The position numbers and the translations under genes were made by a program. The notes beneath the pieces were generated by a model. It worked only from the letters and a program-made list of their open reading frames with translations, was not told where the DNA came from and made no database searches. This document shows positions 1 to 9,229 of a DNA stretch of 39,751 bases, piece after piece. The stretch comes from an uncultured Nitrososphaerota archaeon (GTDB lineage: Archaea > Thermoproteota > Methanomethylicia > Methanomethylicales > Methanomethylicaceae). Where the stretch lies: the NCBI GenBank assembly GCA_964617245.1, contig CAZTWF010000085.1:1-39751 (forward strand), in the 5' to 3' direction. Numbering within the stretch: position 1 is the first letter of the stretch; each line of letters begins with the position of its first letter.

Positions 1-477
1 TATGTAATTCATCCTGGCTTTAGAACTCCATTAGAAAATTTTATACCAGATATAAATAAAAATATTAATATTTTATCATTAAAAGAAATAATATATTATG
101 GTGAAGATTTAGGACTTAAAGTAGCTATAGAAAATATGCCAGCAAGAACTCGTTGTCTTCTTCAAAATGTTAATGAATTTTTTGATTTAGAAGAAAAAGG
201 AATTTCTCCATATATAGCACTAGATATAGGACATGCTAATACTACTTCACAACTTGAGATATTTCTATCAAAACTTAATGATAAAATAATTCATGTACAT
301 CTTCATGATAATTATGGTATAGAGGATGAACATAGAGTAATTGGTGAAGGAAATATTAATTGGCAATTAGTAAAGTCATATATATCTTTTGATAAAATTT
401 ATGGTGTAGTTGAAAATAATACATTAGAAGAAGCAAAAATTTCTTTTGAAAAAGCTCTTCAAATCTTTAAATCATAA
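1..477 (+). CDS. Sugar phosphate isomerase/epimerase (xylose isomerase-like TIM barrel), 5'-truncated by the window edge
   Basis: Frame 1 is open from position 1 with no stop, so the gene starts upstream of the window. Motifs VAIENM, HVHLHDN and EDEHRVIGEGNINW are typical of AP endonuclease 2 / xylose isomerase-like TIM barrels. Confidence 0.6.
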   Translation, partial: YVIHPGFRTPLENFIPDINKNINILSLKEIIYYGEDLGLKVAIENMPARTRCLLQNVNEFFDLEEKGISPYIALDIGHANTTSQLEIFLSKLNDKIIHVHLHDNYGIEDEHRVIGEGNINWQLVKSYISFDKIYGVVENNTLEEAKISFEKALQIFKS

Positions 478-1364
478 GTTTTAAAATCTTCAGCAATTTC
501 TGCATTTTCAAAAATTTTCTTTGCTTCTTCTTCAAGAATTTTTGTATCTTTATATCTACTACTTATATGAGTTAATATTAATTTTTTAACATTAGCTAAT
601 TTTGCTATTTTTGCTGCATCTTCTGCAGTAGAATGTTTTTCTTCATGAGCTCTATCAGAAAGATCTGAAGCAAAGGTTGCTTCATGTATTAATAAATCAG
701 CTTCTTTTGCTATTTCTATTATTTTTTCACAATATCTTGTATCTCCACTATATACTATTTTAATTCCTGGCTTTGGTTCTCCTAAAACTTCTTCAGGTTT
801 TATTATTCTACCATTTTCTAATTTTATACTATGACCTGATTTTAATAAACCCCATAATGGACCTTCTGGAATACCTAATTCTCTTGCTTTTTCTGGTAGG
901 AATTTTCCAAGACTTGCTCCTATAGTTATACAATATGCAATATTTTCCCTAGAATGATCAGCTAAAACTCCAATAACTTTAATTTTTTTATTTGAAAAGA
1001 TCTCACCTTCTGAAATTTCATTTATTATTATATCAAAATTTGGTTTACAGATTTCAATATTTTTATAAATAAATTCCTTTATTCCCTTAGGTCCATATAT
1101 TTCAAGTGAATGTATTCTATTAAGTAAGGTCATAGTTTGAAGCATTCCAGGTATTCCTAATATATGATCTCCATGTAAATGTGTAATAAATATCTTCATT
1201 TTTTTACATAAACTATATCCAGCTATCATCATTTGTCTTTGTGTTCCTTCTCCGCAATCTAATAAAATTATTTCACCATTAACACTTATGAGTATTGATG
1301 GAAGATTTCTTTCAGGTGTTGGCATTCCACCAGCTGAACCAAGTATGATTACTTTAATATTCAT
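459..1364 (-). CDS. rnz: Ribonuclease Z (tRNA 3' endonuclease, metallo-beta-lactamase fold)
   Basis: HLHGDH motif, N-terminal LGSAGGMPT, about 300 aa, C-terminal LILTHIS. The start is taken at MNIKVIILG (fifth codon of the listed ORF). Confidence 0.85.
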   Translation of the reverse strand: MNIKVIILGSAGGMPTPERNLPSILISVNGEIILLDCGEGTQRQMMIAGYSLCKKMKIFITHLHGDHILGIPGMLQTMTLLNRIHSLEIYGPKGIKEFIYKNIEICKPNFDIIINEISEGEIFSNKKIKVIGVLADHSRENIAYCITIGASLGKFLPEKARELGIPEGPLWGLLKSGHSIKLENGRIIKPEEVLGEPKPGIKIVYSGDTRYCEKIIEIAKEADLLIHEATFASDLSDRAHEEKHSTAEDAAKIAKLANVKKLILTHISSRYKDTKILEEEAKKIFENAEIAEDFKTYDLKI

Positions 1365-2379
1365 AATTCTCCACAACTATTATTGATCTTGTAAGAGATT
1401 TATGAACTTTCATTATATGTATTTCATGGACTTTATAACCTTTTTTTATTGCTTCTTCTTCAATTTTAATTTCTTTAGGAGAAGCAATACACATAAATCT
1501 ATTTTTTCTTAAAATTCCTTTTACTTCTTCTAAGAAATTTGAAATAATTTCTTTAATACTTCTTCCTTTTGTTGATGTTCCCCTGCCATAGGGAGGATCT
1601 GTTGATATTCCATCAACTTTATTTATTGGTAATTTTCTTGCATCTGCTAATATTAAATTTGCTTCTAATCCATAATATCTTAAATTTTTATAAGCTCCTT
1701 TAATCATTTTTAAATCAAGATCAGATCCATATGCTTCTAATCCCATTAGTTCTGCTTCTATTAAAAATCCACCTGTACCACAAAAAGGATCAAGAAATCT
1801 TTCTCCTCTTTTAATTCTACATAAATTTACAAAAGCTCTAGAAAGTTTAGCATCTAAAGCTCCTGGATGGAAAAAAGCTCTTTTTCTTGGTCTTCTTTCA
1901 ACAAATTTTTTTCTATTAGTCATAAAATTACATTCATATATGAAAATTCCTCCATTAGTTATTATTCCTCTTATCCAAATTTCTGGATTTTCTAAATTTA
2001 CTTTAGCATTAGTATGTTTTTTTATGATTTCACCTAATTTTCTTTCTATTTCTATTGATGAAGCTTCTTTCCAATAATCTTTAATTCTTTTTACTCTTAC
2101 TCCAAAACTTTTTTCTTCTAAAAAACTCCAATCTATTTTATTACATTGATTAATAAAATCACTAACATTAGAAATATGAACTATTAATCTTCCTCCTTCT
2201 ATTATATATGCTCCTCTTTTTTCTAAGATTTCAAATATTTCTTTTCCTCCATTTATTATCATTAATTGATCAAATCTATTTATTTCATTAAATAATATCT
2301 CTTCACCTTTTAAAATAGCATTTACCTCTGAATAAGGAATAGAAGGATGTTCTCCTGAAAGTAATATTGCTATTAACAT
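1354..2379 (-). CDS. THUMP-domain tRNA (guanine-N2)-methyltransferase (archaeal Trm-G10/Trm11 family)
   Basis: SAM-binding motif DPFCGTGGFLIEA and catalytic TDPPYG. The N-terminal roughly 150 aa are THUMP-like, and the length is about 340 aa. Confidence 0.75.
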   Translation of the reverse strand: MLIAILLSGEHPSIPYSEVNAILKGEEILFNEINRFDQLMIINGGKEIFEILEKRGAYIIEGGRLIVHISNVSDFINQCNKIDWSFLEEKSFGVRVKRIKDYWKEASSIEIERKLGEIIKKHTNAKVNLENPEIWIRGIITNGGIFIYECNFMTNRKKFVERRPRKRAFFHPGALDAKLSRAFVNLCRIKRGERFLDPFCGTGGFLIEAELMGLEAYGSDLDLKMIKGAYKNLRYYGLEANLILADARKLPINKVDGISTDPPYGRGTSTKGRSIKEIISNFLEEVKGILRKNRFMCIASPKEIKIEEEAIKKGYKVHEIHIMKVHKSLTRSIIVVENYEY

Positions 2380-3239
2380 AATTCTCTTGCTATAAGTGGA
2401 GCAACTGTTATTTTACTAAATTCATTTTCTACAGTATCTGTAGCAATAATTTCATCAACACCTGCATTTTTAATTTTTTCTAAAGCATCTTTAATTAAAA
2501 GTGCATGGGTACATGTTACAATTATTCTTCTTGCTCCTTTTTCTTTTACAATTTTTGCAGTAGTTGCTATAGTTCCACCTGTACTTATTATATCATCTAT
2601 TATTATTACATCTCTATTTTTGAAATTAATATCTATTTCTTCTATCTTTATAGCACCACTAATTCTATCTCTATATTTTTCAAAATATCCATATTCACAA
2701 TTCATAATTTCTCCTAATTTTTTTGCTCTTTCTAATGCACCTTTATCTGGAGCTAATATATATGGCTCATTAAAATTAATATTCTTAAAATAATCTGCTA
2801 TTACTTCTATTGCTTTTAAATTCTTTGCTTTTATTTTAATTGTATTTAAAGAATATTCCTTATGAATATCAATAGTAATAAATTCATCAGCTCCTATTTT
2901 TTCTATTAATTTAAGTATTGTATTTATACTTATGGCTTCTCCTTCTCTAAATCTCATATCTTGTCTAGCATAAGCAATATATGGAACTACAACCTTAATT
3001 TTCTTTGCACCAAGATCCTTCAGATTATCAATAAGTAAAAATAATTCAATAAGTCTTTTATCTTGATTTGGATAAGTTGAATTAACAATTACTACATCAT
3101 CTTTAATATCATCTACAATTCTTATATAAGATTCACCATCTGGAAATATTTTATATTCTATATTAGCAATTTTAACTTTCATTATTTCTGCTAATCTTTT
3201 ACTTAAATTAATTGAAGCAATACCTGGTATTATAATCAT
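2373..3239 (-). CDS. prs: Ribose-phosphate pyrophosphokinase (PRPP synthetase)
   Basis: FPDGE motif, VVPYIAYARQD, and the PRPP-binding loop VIIIDDIISTGGT. Length is 288 aa. It overlaps the downstream methyltransferase start, forming a prs-trm-rnz operon on the minus strand. Confidence 0.9.
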   Translation of the reverse strand: MIIIPGIASINLSKRLAEIMKVKIANIEYKIFPDGESYIRIVDDIKDDVVIVNSTYPNQDKRLIELFLLIDNLKDLGAKKIKVVVPYIAYARQDMRFREGEAISINTILKLIEKIGADEFITIDIHKEYSLNTIKIKAKNLKAIEVIADYFKNINFNEPYILAPDKGALERAKKLGEIMNCEYGYFEKYRDRISGAIKIEEIDINFKNRDVIIIDDIISTGGTIATTAKIVKEKGARRIIVTCTHALLIKDALEKIKNAGVDEIIATDTVENEFSKITVAPLIARELC

Positions 3240-3296
3240 AAGATCACCATTTTAAAAATAAATACTTAATTGAGAAATAAATTTTAGGGATTAAAT

Positions 3297-4298
3297 TTGG
3301 AGGCAATGTTATATAGTAAATTAGATTCTGATAAAGTAAAATGTAATCTTTGTCATTTTCGATGTATTATAGCTAATGGAAAAAAAGGTAGTTGTGGTGT
3401 AAGAGAAAATAGAAATGGTATTTTATATACTCTTGTATATGGAAAAGCTATTTCTTATGCTATAGATCCAATAGAAAAGAAACCTTTATTTCATTTTTAT
3501 CCTGGTAGTACTACATTTTCTATTGCTACTATAGGCTGTAATTTTAAATGTATATTTTGTGATAATTGGGTTATAAGTCAAGATAGAGAAGCAAAAGGTG
3601 AAGAATTATTACCAGAAGAAATAGTCTATATAGCAAAAAGATATGAATGTAAATGTATTAGTTATACATATACTGAACCAACAATATTTTTTGAATATGC
3701 TTATGATACAGCTAAACTTGCTCATAAAGAAGGGATATTTAATACATTTGTAACTAATGGTTATATGACACCTGAAGCAATAGATTTAATCAATGGATAT
3801 CTAGATGCTGCAACAGTAGATTTTAAAGGAAGTGGAGATCCTGATTTTTATAAGAAATTCTGTAAAGTACCTGATGTAGAACCTATTTTTCAATCTTTAT
3901 TAGAAATGAAAAGAAAAGGAATTTTCATTGAAATAACTGATTTAATTGTAACTGGTGGAGGAGAATCAAAAGAAGCTTTTAAAAAATTTATTAAAAGAAT
4001 AATTGATATTCTTGGAGATTCTGTACCTTTACATATACTTAGATTCTTTCCAAGTTATATGTATATGAATACTACTTCAACATCTATTACAATATTAGAG
4101 GAATTATATAAAATAGCTAAGGATTTTGGACTAAAATATGTTTATTTAGGTAATGTACCTGGTCATAAATATGAACATACTTATTGTCCTAATTGTAATA
4201 ATATAGTAATAAAAAGAATTGGATTTGAAATTATTGATATTAAACTTAAAGGTAAGAATTGTGCATATTGTAATAATGAGATAAATATAAGAATATAA
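3297..4298 (+). CDS. amrS: AmmeMemoRadiSam-system radical SAM enzyme (AmrS-like)
   Basis: N-terminal VKCNLCHFRCIIANGKKGSCGVREN, radical-SAM motif GCNFKCIFCDNW, and C-terminal CPNC...CAYC. Length is about 333 aa. The start is ambiguous between TTG 3297 and ATG 3306. Confidence 0.75.
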   Translation: MEAMLYSKLDSDKVKCNLCHFRCIIANGKKGSCGVRENRNGILYTLVYGKAISYAIDPIEKKPLFHFYPGSTTFSIATIGCNFKCIFCDNWVISQDREAKGEELLPEEIVYIAKRYECKCISYTYTEPTIFFEYAYDTAKLAHKEGIFNTFVTNGYMTPEAIDLINGYLDAATVDFKGSGDPDFYKKFCKVPDVEPIFQSLLEMKRKGIFIEITDLIVTGGGESKEAFKKFIKRIIDILGDSVPLHILRFFPSYMYMNTTSTSITILEELYKIAKDFGLKYVYLGNVPGHKYEHTYCPNCNNIVIKRIGFEIIDIKLKGKNCAYCNNEINIRI

Positions 4299-4310
4299 GA
4301 GGTGATGATT

Positions 4311-5416
4311 ATGTGGTATATAATTCGTCCAGATGCAGTATCTGCATTAGAAGATCCAAAGGTACTAGAAGCTCTTCCTAGATATGTAGATATTGTTAAA
4401 AATAAAAAATTAGCAAAATTTAGAATATCTAGATTAATTTCAGTAGAAATTTCAGGAGATGAAACTATAGAAGAACTTTGGAATATTCATAAAAAATCTA
4501 TTAATGAATATATTAGACTTGAAAAAGATTTAGATGAAGGAAAGCCTATATCCTTAGAAACTCCTAAATTTTCTCTTCTTCATCTTAAATCTACTATAGC
4601 ACAAAGAATAATGAAATCATGTATATTATGTGAACGTAGATGTATGAAAGATAGAGAAAAAGGAGAACTTGGATATTGTAAAGTAGGAAGAGAAATGTTT
4701 GTATCATCGTATTTTGATCATATGGGGGAGGAACCTGAAATTGTTCCCAGCTTTACGGTATACGACTTTTAGTCGGCCGAATTAGCTTGGGATGCAATTT
4801 CAGGTGTCTCCATTGTCAAAATTGGACTATAAGTCAACAATTTGAAAAAGGAGAATATTATGCAGAAAAAGAATTAGCATTATTAATAGATGATGCGCGT
4901 AGAAGAGGTTGTAGAAATCAAAATTGGGTAGGTGGAGACCCTATACCTCATATACCATTTTGGTTAAGAGTTTTACTTTATGAAAAAGAAAATATGCCTG
5001 TTTTCTTTAATACTAATGGATATTTAACTATTGAAGCAATGGAATTATTAAGAGGTATTGTAGATATTTATAAAATAGATTTTAAATATGGTAATAATAA
5101 ATGTGCAGAAAGAATTTCTGATGTAAAGAATTATATGGAAGTAATAACAAGAAATCTAAAACTTGCAAAAGAATATGGTGAATTATTGATAAGAATTCTT
5201 GTTTTACCAAATCATTTAGATTGTTGTTTATCCAAAATATTAGAGTTTATATCAAAGGAACTTGGAAAGAATACAAGAGTTAATTTAATGGATCAATATA
5301 CTCCACATTGGAGAGCAAAAGAAGTACCAGAAATTACAAGACGTTTAAATGCACTTGAATGGAGAAAAGCAATTGAAATGATAAAAAATTATGGACTTAC
5401 TAATGTAATTTTTTAA
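4311..5416 (+). pseudogene. PflX-like (COG1313) radical SAM protein split into two frames (4302/4311-4772 and 4787-5416). It is either frameshifted or interrupted.
   Basis: The N-terminal fragment ends ...HMGEEPEIVPSFTVYDF* and the C-terminal fragment begins (L)GCNFRCLHCQNWTISQ. Together they make one roughly 360 aa activase-like protein. The break falls just upstream of the CxxxCxxC cluster motif, and the two frames differ by 1 nt. Confidence 0.6.
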
Positions 5417-5418
5417 TT

Positions 5419-6474
5419 TTATTTTTGTTTTTTAAAGAAAATTGGCTTTATTGAAAATATTACTACTAAAAATCCACATACTAAAACACCAAGTCCAGAT
5501 ACTAAGAGAAAAGGAATTAGACTTGCTTTTGGATTTGTTATAATTAAACTTGCTTCAATTACTATTTGTCTTATAAATAATAAAGCAACTAATCCTATAA
5601 TTTCATACCATATTTTTTGTGATTCTTCTAAATATTTTACTATAAGTCTTCCTGTAATATATACTGCTATTCCTATAGCAAATAAATCAATAGTATTTGA
5701 TAATGTTAATCCTACAAATAATTGTAGATTTTCTAATGAGGCTTCTATTAATGCTATACTTATTCCTCTATATATTGCAATTGATGAAATTATTATTCCT
5801 ATAAGAGAAGTAATAAGTCTTATTGGTGATTCTTTCCATGCTTCTTTTATTATTTTATCAATACTAAATCCTTTTATTATTAAGACTATACCAATAATTA
5901 TTCCTAAGGAAATAATTGCATAGCCTATTAAATTAAGTAGATATAATACTGTTACTATAAGAAGAATTAATCCAGGAATACCTAAAAAAGTCTTTGAATA
6001 TTCAGGATCAGTAAGTTTTTTTAAATATCTATAAAATAGTACATAAGTTTCTTCTACACTTTTTTCTTGTTGAACAAATACTCTTTTTACTGATATTATA
6101 GGAATTTTAGATTGTACTATTGGTATTGCTTGTTCATCAGCAACACCATCACTTACAAATATTACTCCATCAGCTTTAAAATTTCTAAGAATTTCTTCTA
6201 ATTCTGATAATATCTTTATATCAGATTTATATCCACCTTCTGGTAAACCTGTTATTATTGCAATTTCACAATTATGATTTTCCTTAATTAATTCATCATA
6301 TACTTTTATTGCCTCAAATATAGAATTTATATCAGAATCTTCTGGATTTTTAAGAGCAAATGAAATTGCAGCAGATAAGACTTTCTCTCTTCCTATAATT
6401 GGTGTAGAAAGTCCTATAACTCTACCTATATCATTATCCTTATCTACACTTAATACTAGTATATTTTTTTCCAT
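5419..6474 (-). CDS. DUF373-family archaeal membrane protein (soluble N-terminal domain followed by multiple TM helices)
   Basis: The N-terminus VLSVDKDNDIG...ITGLPEGG is followed by about 7 hydrophobic helices. The family assignment comes from memory of Pfam DUF373/COG2237. Confidence 0.55.
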   Translation of the reverse strand: MEKNILVLSVDKDNDIGRVIGLSTPIIGREKVLSAAISFALKNPEDSDINSIFEAIKVYDELIKENHNCEIAIITGLPEGGYKSDIKILSELEEILRNFKADGVIFVSDGVADEQAIPIVQSKIPIISVKRVFVQQEKSVEETYVLFYRYLKKLTDPEYSKTFLGIPGLILLIVTVLYLLNLIGYAIISLGIIIGIVLIIKGFSIDKIIKEAWKESPIRLITSLIGIIISSIAIYRGISIALIEASLENLQLFVGLTLSNTIDLFAIGIAVYITGRLIVKYLEESQKIWYEIIGLVALLFIRQIVIEASLIITNPKASLIPFLLVSGLGVLVCGFLVVIFSIKPIFFKKQK

Positions 6475-6531
6475 TTTTTCAATAATGAATTTGTTTTATA
6501 GACTTAAAACTATTATGGAAAAATTTAAATA

Positions 6532-7392
6532 TTACTCTTTTGCTGACAATAAAGCTGCAAATTCATCAAAAGTTAATCTTTCTCCATTTTTAATTTTCTC
6601 TTCAGCCTTTTTTGCTAATTCTATTCTTTTTCTCAATATTTGCTTAGTTTCTTCTGCTATAATTTCAATTTTCTTTTCTAGTATTTCTTCTTTGATTTTA
6701 TTATATTTAACATTATTTTCATTATATTCTTTTTTAAGATTACTTATTTCTGTTTTTAATAAAGAAATTTTCTCCTTTATTTTAATTAATTCAGATTTAA
6801 TTAATTTTAAATTCTCAATTGATTTTATCATAGACTCATGATATTTTTTAGATTCTTGTGCTAATGATAAAATTTCATTATGTATATTATTAGCTTTTTC
6901 TTTAAATTCATTATAAGATGATCTATATGAATTTATTTTTTCATTTATTTCTTTAATTTGCTTATATACTAGTAATTTCTTTTCTATTTCATTTCTTCTT
7001 TGAAGTAATCTCTTTTCTTCTTCAATAGATAGTGGATTTGTTTGCTGTTTCCAATCTATATTTTTAATTTGATTTATAAGATCTTCTTCTTTTTCTTTTA
7101 TTAATGAAGGTAGTCTCTTTTTTTCTAATATTAACTCTTTAATTTTTTCTGAAATTTCTTTGCATTTATTATTAAGTTCTTCTCTTATTTTTTTCTTTTC
7201 AGCTATTTTTATATTTATATCATTTCTTAAATTTCTTAAATTTTCTATTTCTTTTCTTATTTCATTTATTTTCTCAATAATTTCTTTCTTTTTCTCTTTA
7301 AGTTGTTCTAATTCTGAATTTTTTTCATTTATTTTTTCATTTAAAGACTTTATTTTTTTAATTATTGATGATATTTCTTCCATTAATATCAC
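6532..7392 (-). CDS. Lys/Glu-rich coiled-coil protein (archaeal COG1340-like)
   Basis: 286 aa that are almost entirely heptad-like K/E/I/N repeats. The non-repetitive C-terminus reads RLTFDEFAALLSAKE. The gene directly abuts the GPN GTPase gene. Confidence 0.6.
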   Translation of the reverse strand: MILMEEISSIIKKIKSLNEKINEKNSELEQLKEKKKEIIEKINEIRKEIENLRNLRNDINIKIAEKKKIREELNNKCKEISEKIKELILEKKRLPSLIKEKEEDLINQIKNIDWKQQTNPLSIEEEKRLLQRRNEIEKKLLVYKQIKEINEKINSYRSSYNEFKEKANNIHNEILSLAQESKKYHESMIKSIENLKLIKSELIKIKEKISLLKTEISNLKKEYNENNVKYNKIKEEILEKKIEIIAEETKQILRKRIELAKKAEEKIKNGERLTFDEFAALLSAKE

Positions 7393-8148
7393 CTAAATGT
7401 CTATTCCACCAGTATGAATACGTTGAAGTTGTGCAAATAGATCAGTCATACCTTGTCCTGTATATGATGATACTAATAAAAATTCTCCTGGTCCACCAAT
7501 CTCTAATAATGTATCAAATATTCTTTCAGATAATTCTCCTTTTATATCTACAATTTCTGAGAAGAAACTTTCTTTAAGTGATAATGGTTCTGTTATCCAT
7601 TGTATTGCTCTTTCCATCATATCTTCAGATAGAAGATCTATTTTTGATATACAGTTTATCTGTGGGGCTTTGAATCTTGTTTGAACTGAGTAGGCTAAGA
7701 GCATAATGGAAACAAAATCAGAAGGTCTATTTAAGAAAATCGAATCTGCAAGAAATATAATTGAAAAATTATTTTTTGAAAGAGCTGTTGTGATAATTCT
7801 TCCAGAATCTCTATAAGCGAAAAGCTCAAGTTGTCCTGGTGTATCTACTATAACATAATCAGGTTCAAATCTTTCAATTTCTTCTCTCATTTTTTCAATA
7901 TAATTTACAGCAGTATCAACACATAATATAAGAGCACCATTAGGACCAAGTTGATATTCTTCAACAATTTTATCATAATCAATATATTCTCTTATATCAA
8001 TTTCAGGATAATAAGGAAGCCATTTTACTCCTGGATCTAGATTTACTGATATAACATTAAGTTCAGCAGCTCTTAATGTATCTAAAAGAGATGAAGTTAA
8101 TGCAGATTTACCAGATCCAGCTGTTCCTAGTATATACACAAAATTCAT
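7393..8148 (-). CDS. GPN-loop GTPase (PAB0955/Npa3 family)
   Basis: P-loop GTAGSGKS, GPNGAL (the GPN motif) and DTPGQLELF. The start is taken at MNFVYILG, because the upstream 18 codons are hydrophobic read-through. Confidence 0.85.
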   Translation of the reverse strand: MNFVYILGTAGSGKSALTSSLLDTLRAAELNVISVNLDPGVKWLPYYPEIDIREYIDYDKIVEEYQLGPNGALILCVDTAVNYIEKMREEIERFEPDYVIVDTPGQLELFAYRDSGRIITTALSKNNFSIIFLADSIFLNRPSDFVSIMLLAYSVQTRFKAPQINCISKIDLLSEDMMERAIQWITEPLSLKESFFSEIVDIKGELSERIFDTLLEIGGPGEFLLVSSYTGQGMTDLFAQLQRIHTGGIDI

Positions 8149-8180
8149 AATAAACATAAAAAATGGAAAAATAAAAAATT

Positions 8181-8387
8181 TTACTTCTTTGTAGTCCACC
8201 ATTTTATATATTCTTTTCTTATTTTCTCTTTTTCATCTTCATCTTTATGTACTCTATATTTAGCTTTTATTTCATCTATTTCCTCTCTTGTTAATGATAT
8301 ACCACAACTTTTACAAACATATCTCCTAATAGATTGTTGATAAAGCATTTCTCCACCACATTCAGGACATATTAGCATTTTACTCAC
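8181..8387 (-). CDS. Small zinc-ribbon protein
   Basis: CPECGG...CKSCG zinc-ribbon motif followed by a basic/acidic tail. Length is 68 aa. It is the first gene of the minus-strand trio with the GPN GTPase. Confidence 0.55.
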   Translation of the reverse strand: MSKMLICPECGGEMLYQQSIRRYVCKSCGISLTREEIDEIKAKYRVHKDEDEKEKIRKEYIKWWTTKK

Positions 8388-8421
8388 AATTTAAAATTAA
8401 TTTTCAAATTAATAAATTCAT

Positions 8422-9207
8422 TTATCTTCCAAATCTTCTATGTCTTTTTTGATATGTTCTAATTGCTCTTAGAAGATCTATTTTCCTTATTTCAGGCCAA
8501 TATACATCCATGAAATATAATTCAGAATAAGCACTTTGCCAAAGTAAAAAACCACTTAATCTTTCTTCACCAGAAGTTCTTATTATAAGGTCAGGATCTT
8601 TATCTCCTTGCGTATATAAATATTTGGAAAAAATATATTCATTAACATTCTTTATATCTAATTCTCCTTTTAATACAGCTTCAATAATTTTTTTAGTAGC
8701 ATCTAAAATTTCAGCTCTTCCTCCATAAGCTATTGCAATATAAAGTCTATTTTCTGAATATTTTTCTGTCTTTTTTTCAACTTTTTTAATTAATTCAATT
8801 AATTCTTCATCTAATAATTCTAATCTTCCTATTGCTTTTACTCTTACTTTATACTTATCTATTTCTGGATTTTCTAAGATTTCTCTAAATCCTTTTTTTG
8901 CTAATCTAAATATATTATCTAGTTCTTCTTTACTTCTATTTAGATTTTCAGTAGAAAGTACATATATTGTCACAATATTTATTCCTAATTCCCAACACCA
9001 TCTTAATACTTCTTTTACTTTTTCAAATCCAAATTCATGACCTTTTTCTGGAGAAAAACCCATTTCTATTGCCCATCTTCTATTACCATCAAGTATTAAT
9101 CCTATATGTTCAGGCATTTTACCTTTTTTTACTTCATTTAGTAATTTCTTTTCATAGTAATCATATATGTATTTGAGTATGCAAGATTTAATCCAATTTA
9201 TTATCAT
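8422..9207 (-). CDS. uppS: cis-Prenyltransferase (undecaprenyl diphosphate synthase family)
   Basis: HIGLILDGNRRWA, IRTSGEERLSGFLLWQSAYSELYF, and C-terminal RRFGR. Confidence 0.9.
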   Translation of the reverse strand: MIINWIKSCILKYIYDYYEKKLLNEVKKGKMPEHIGLILDGNRRWAIEMGFSPEKGHEFGFEKVKEVLRWCWELGINIVTIYVLSTENLNRSKEELDNIFRLAKKGFREILENPEIDKYKVRVKAIGRLELLDEELIELIKKVEKKTEKYSENRLYIAIAYGGRAEILDATKKIIEAVLKGELDIKNVNEYIFSKYLYTQGDKDPDLIIRTSGEERLSGFLLWQSAYSELYFMDVYWPEIRKIDLLRAIRTYQKRHRRFGR

Positions 9208-9229
9208 AGTTCTCCTCTATAATATAACC

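Noticed and set aside
6532-7392. Highly repetitive AAA/GAA-rich DNA that could be mistaken for a tandem repeat or CRISPR-like array
   Set aside because: It is one continuous 286-codon ORF encoding a K/E heptad coiled coil. It has no fixed-length repeat and spacer structure.
8149-8202. 18-codon hydrophobic extension upstream of the GPN GTPase P-loop
   Set aside because: GPN GTPases begin a few residues before GxxGSGKS. The extension overlaps the 3' end of the zinc-ribbon gene.
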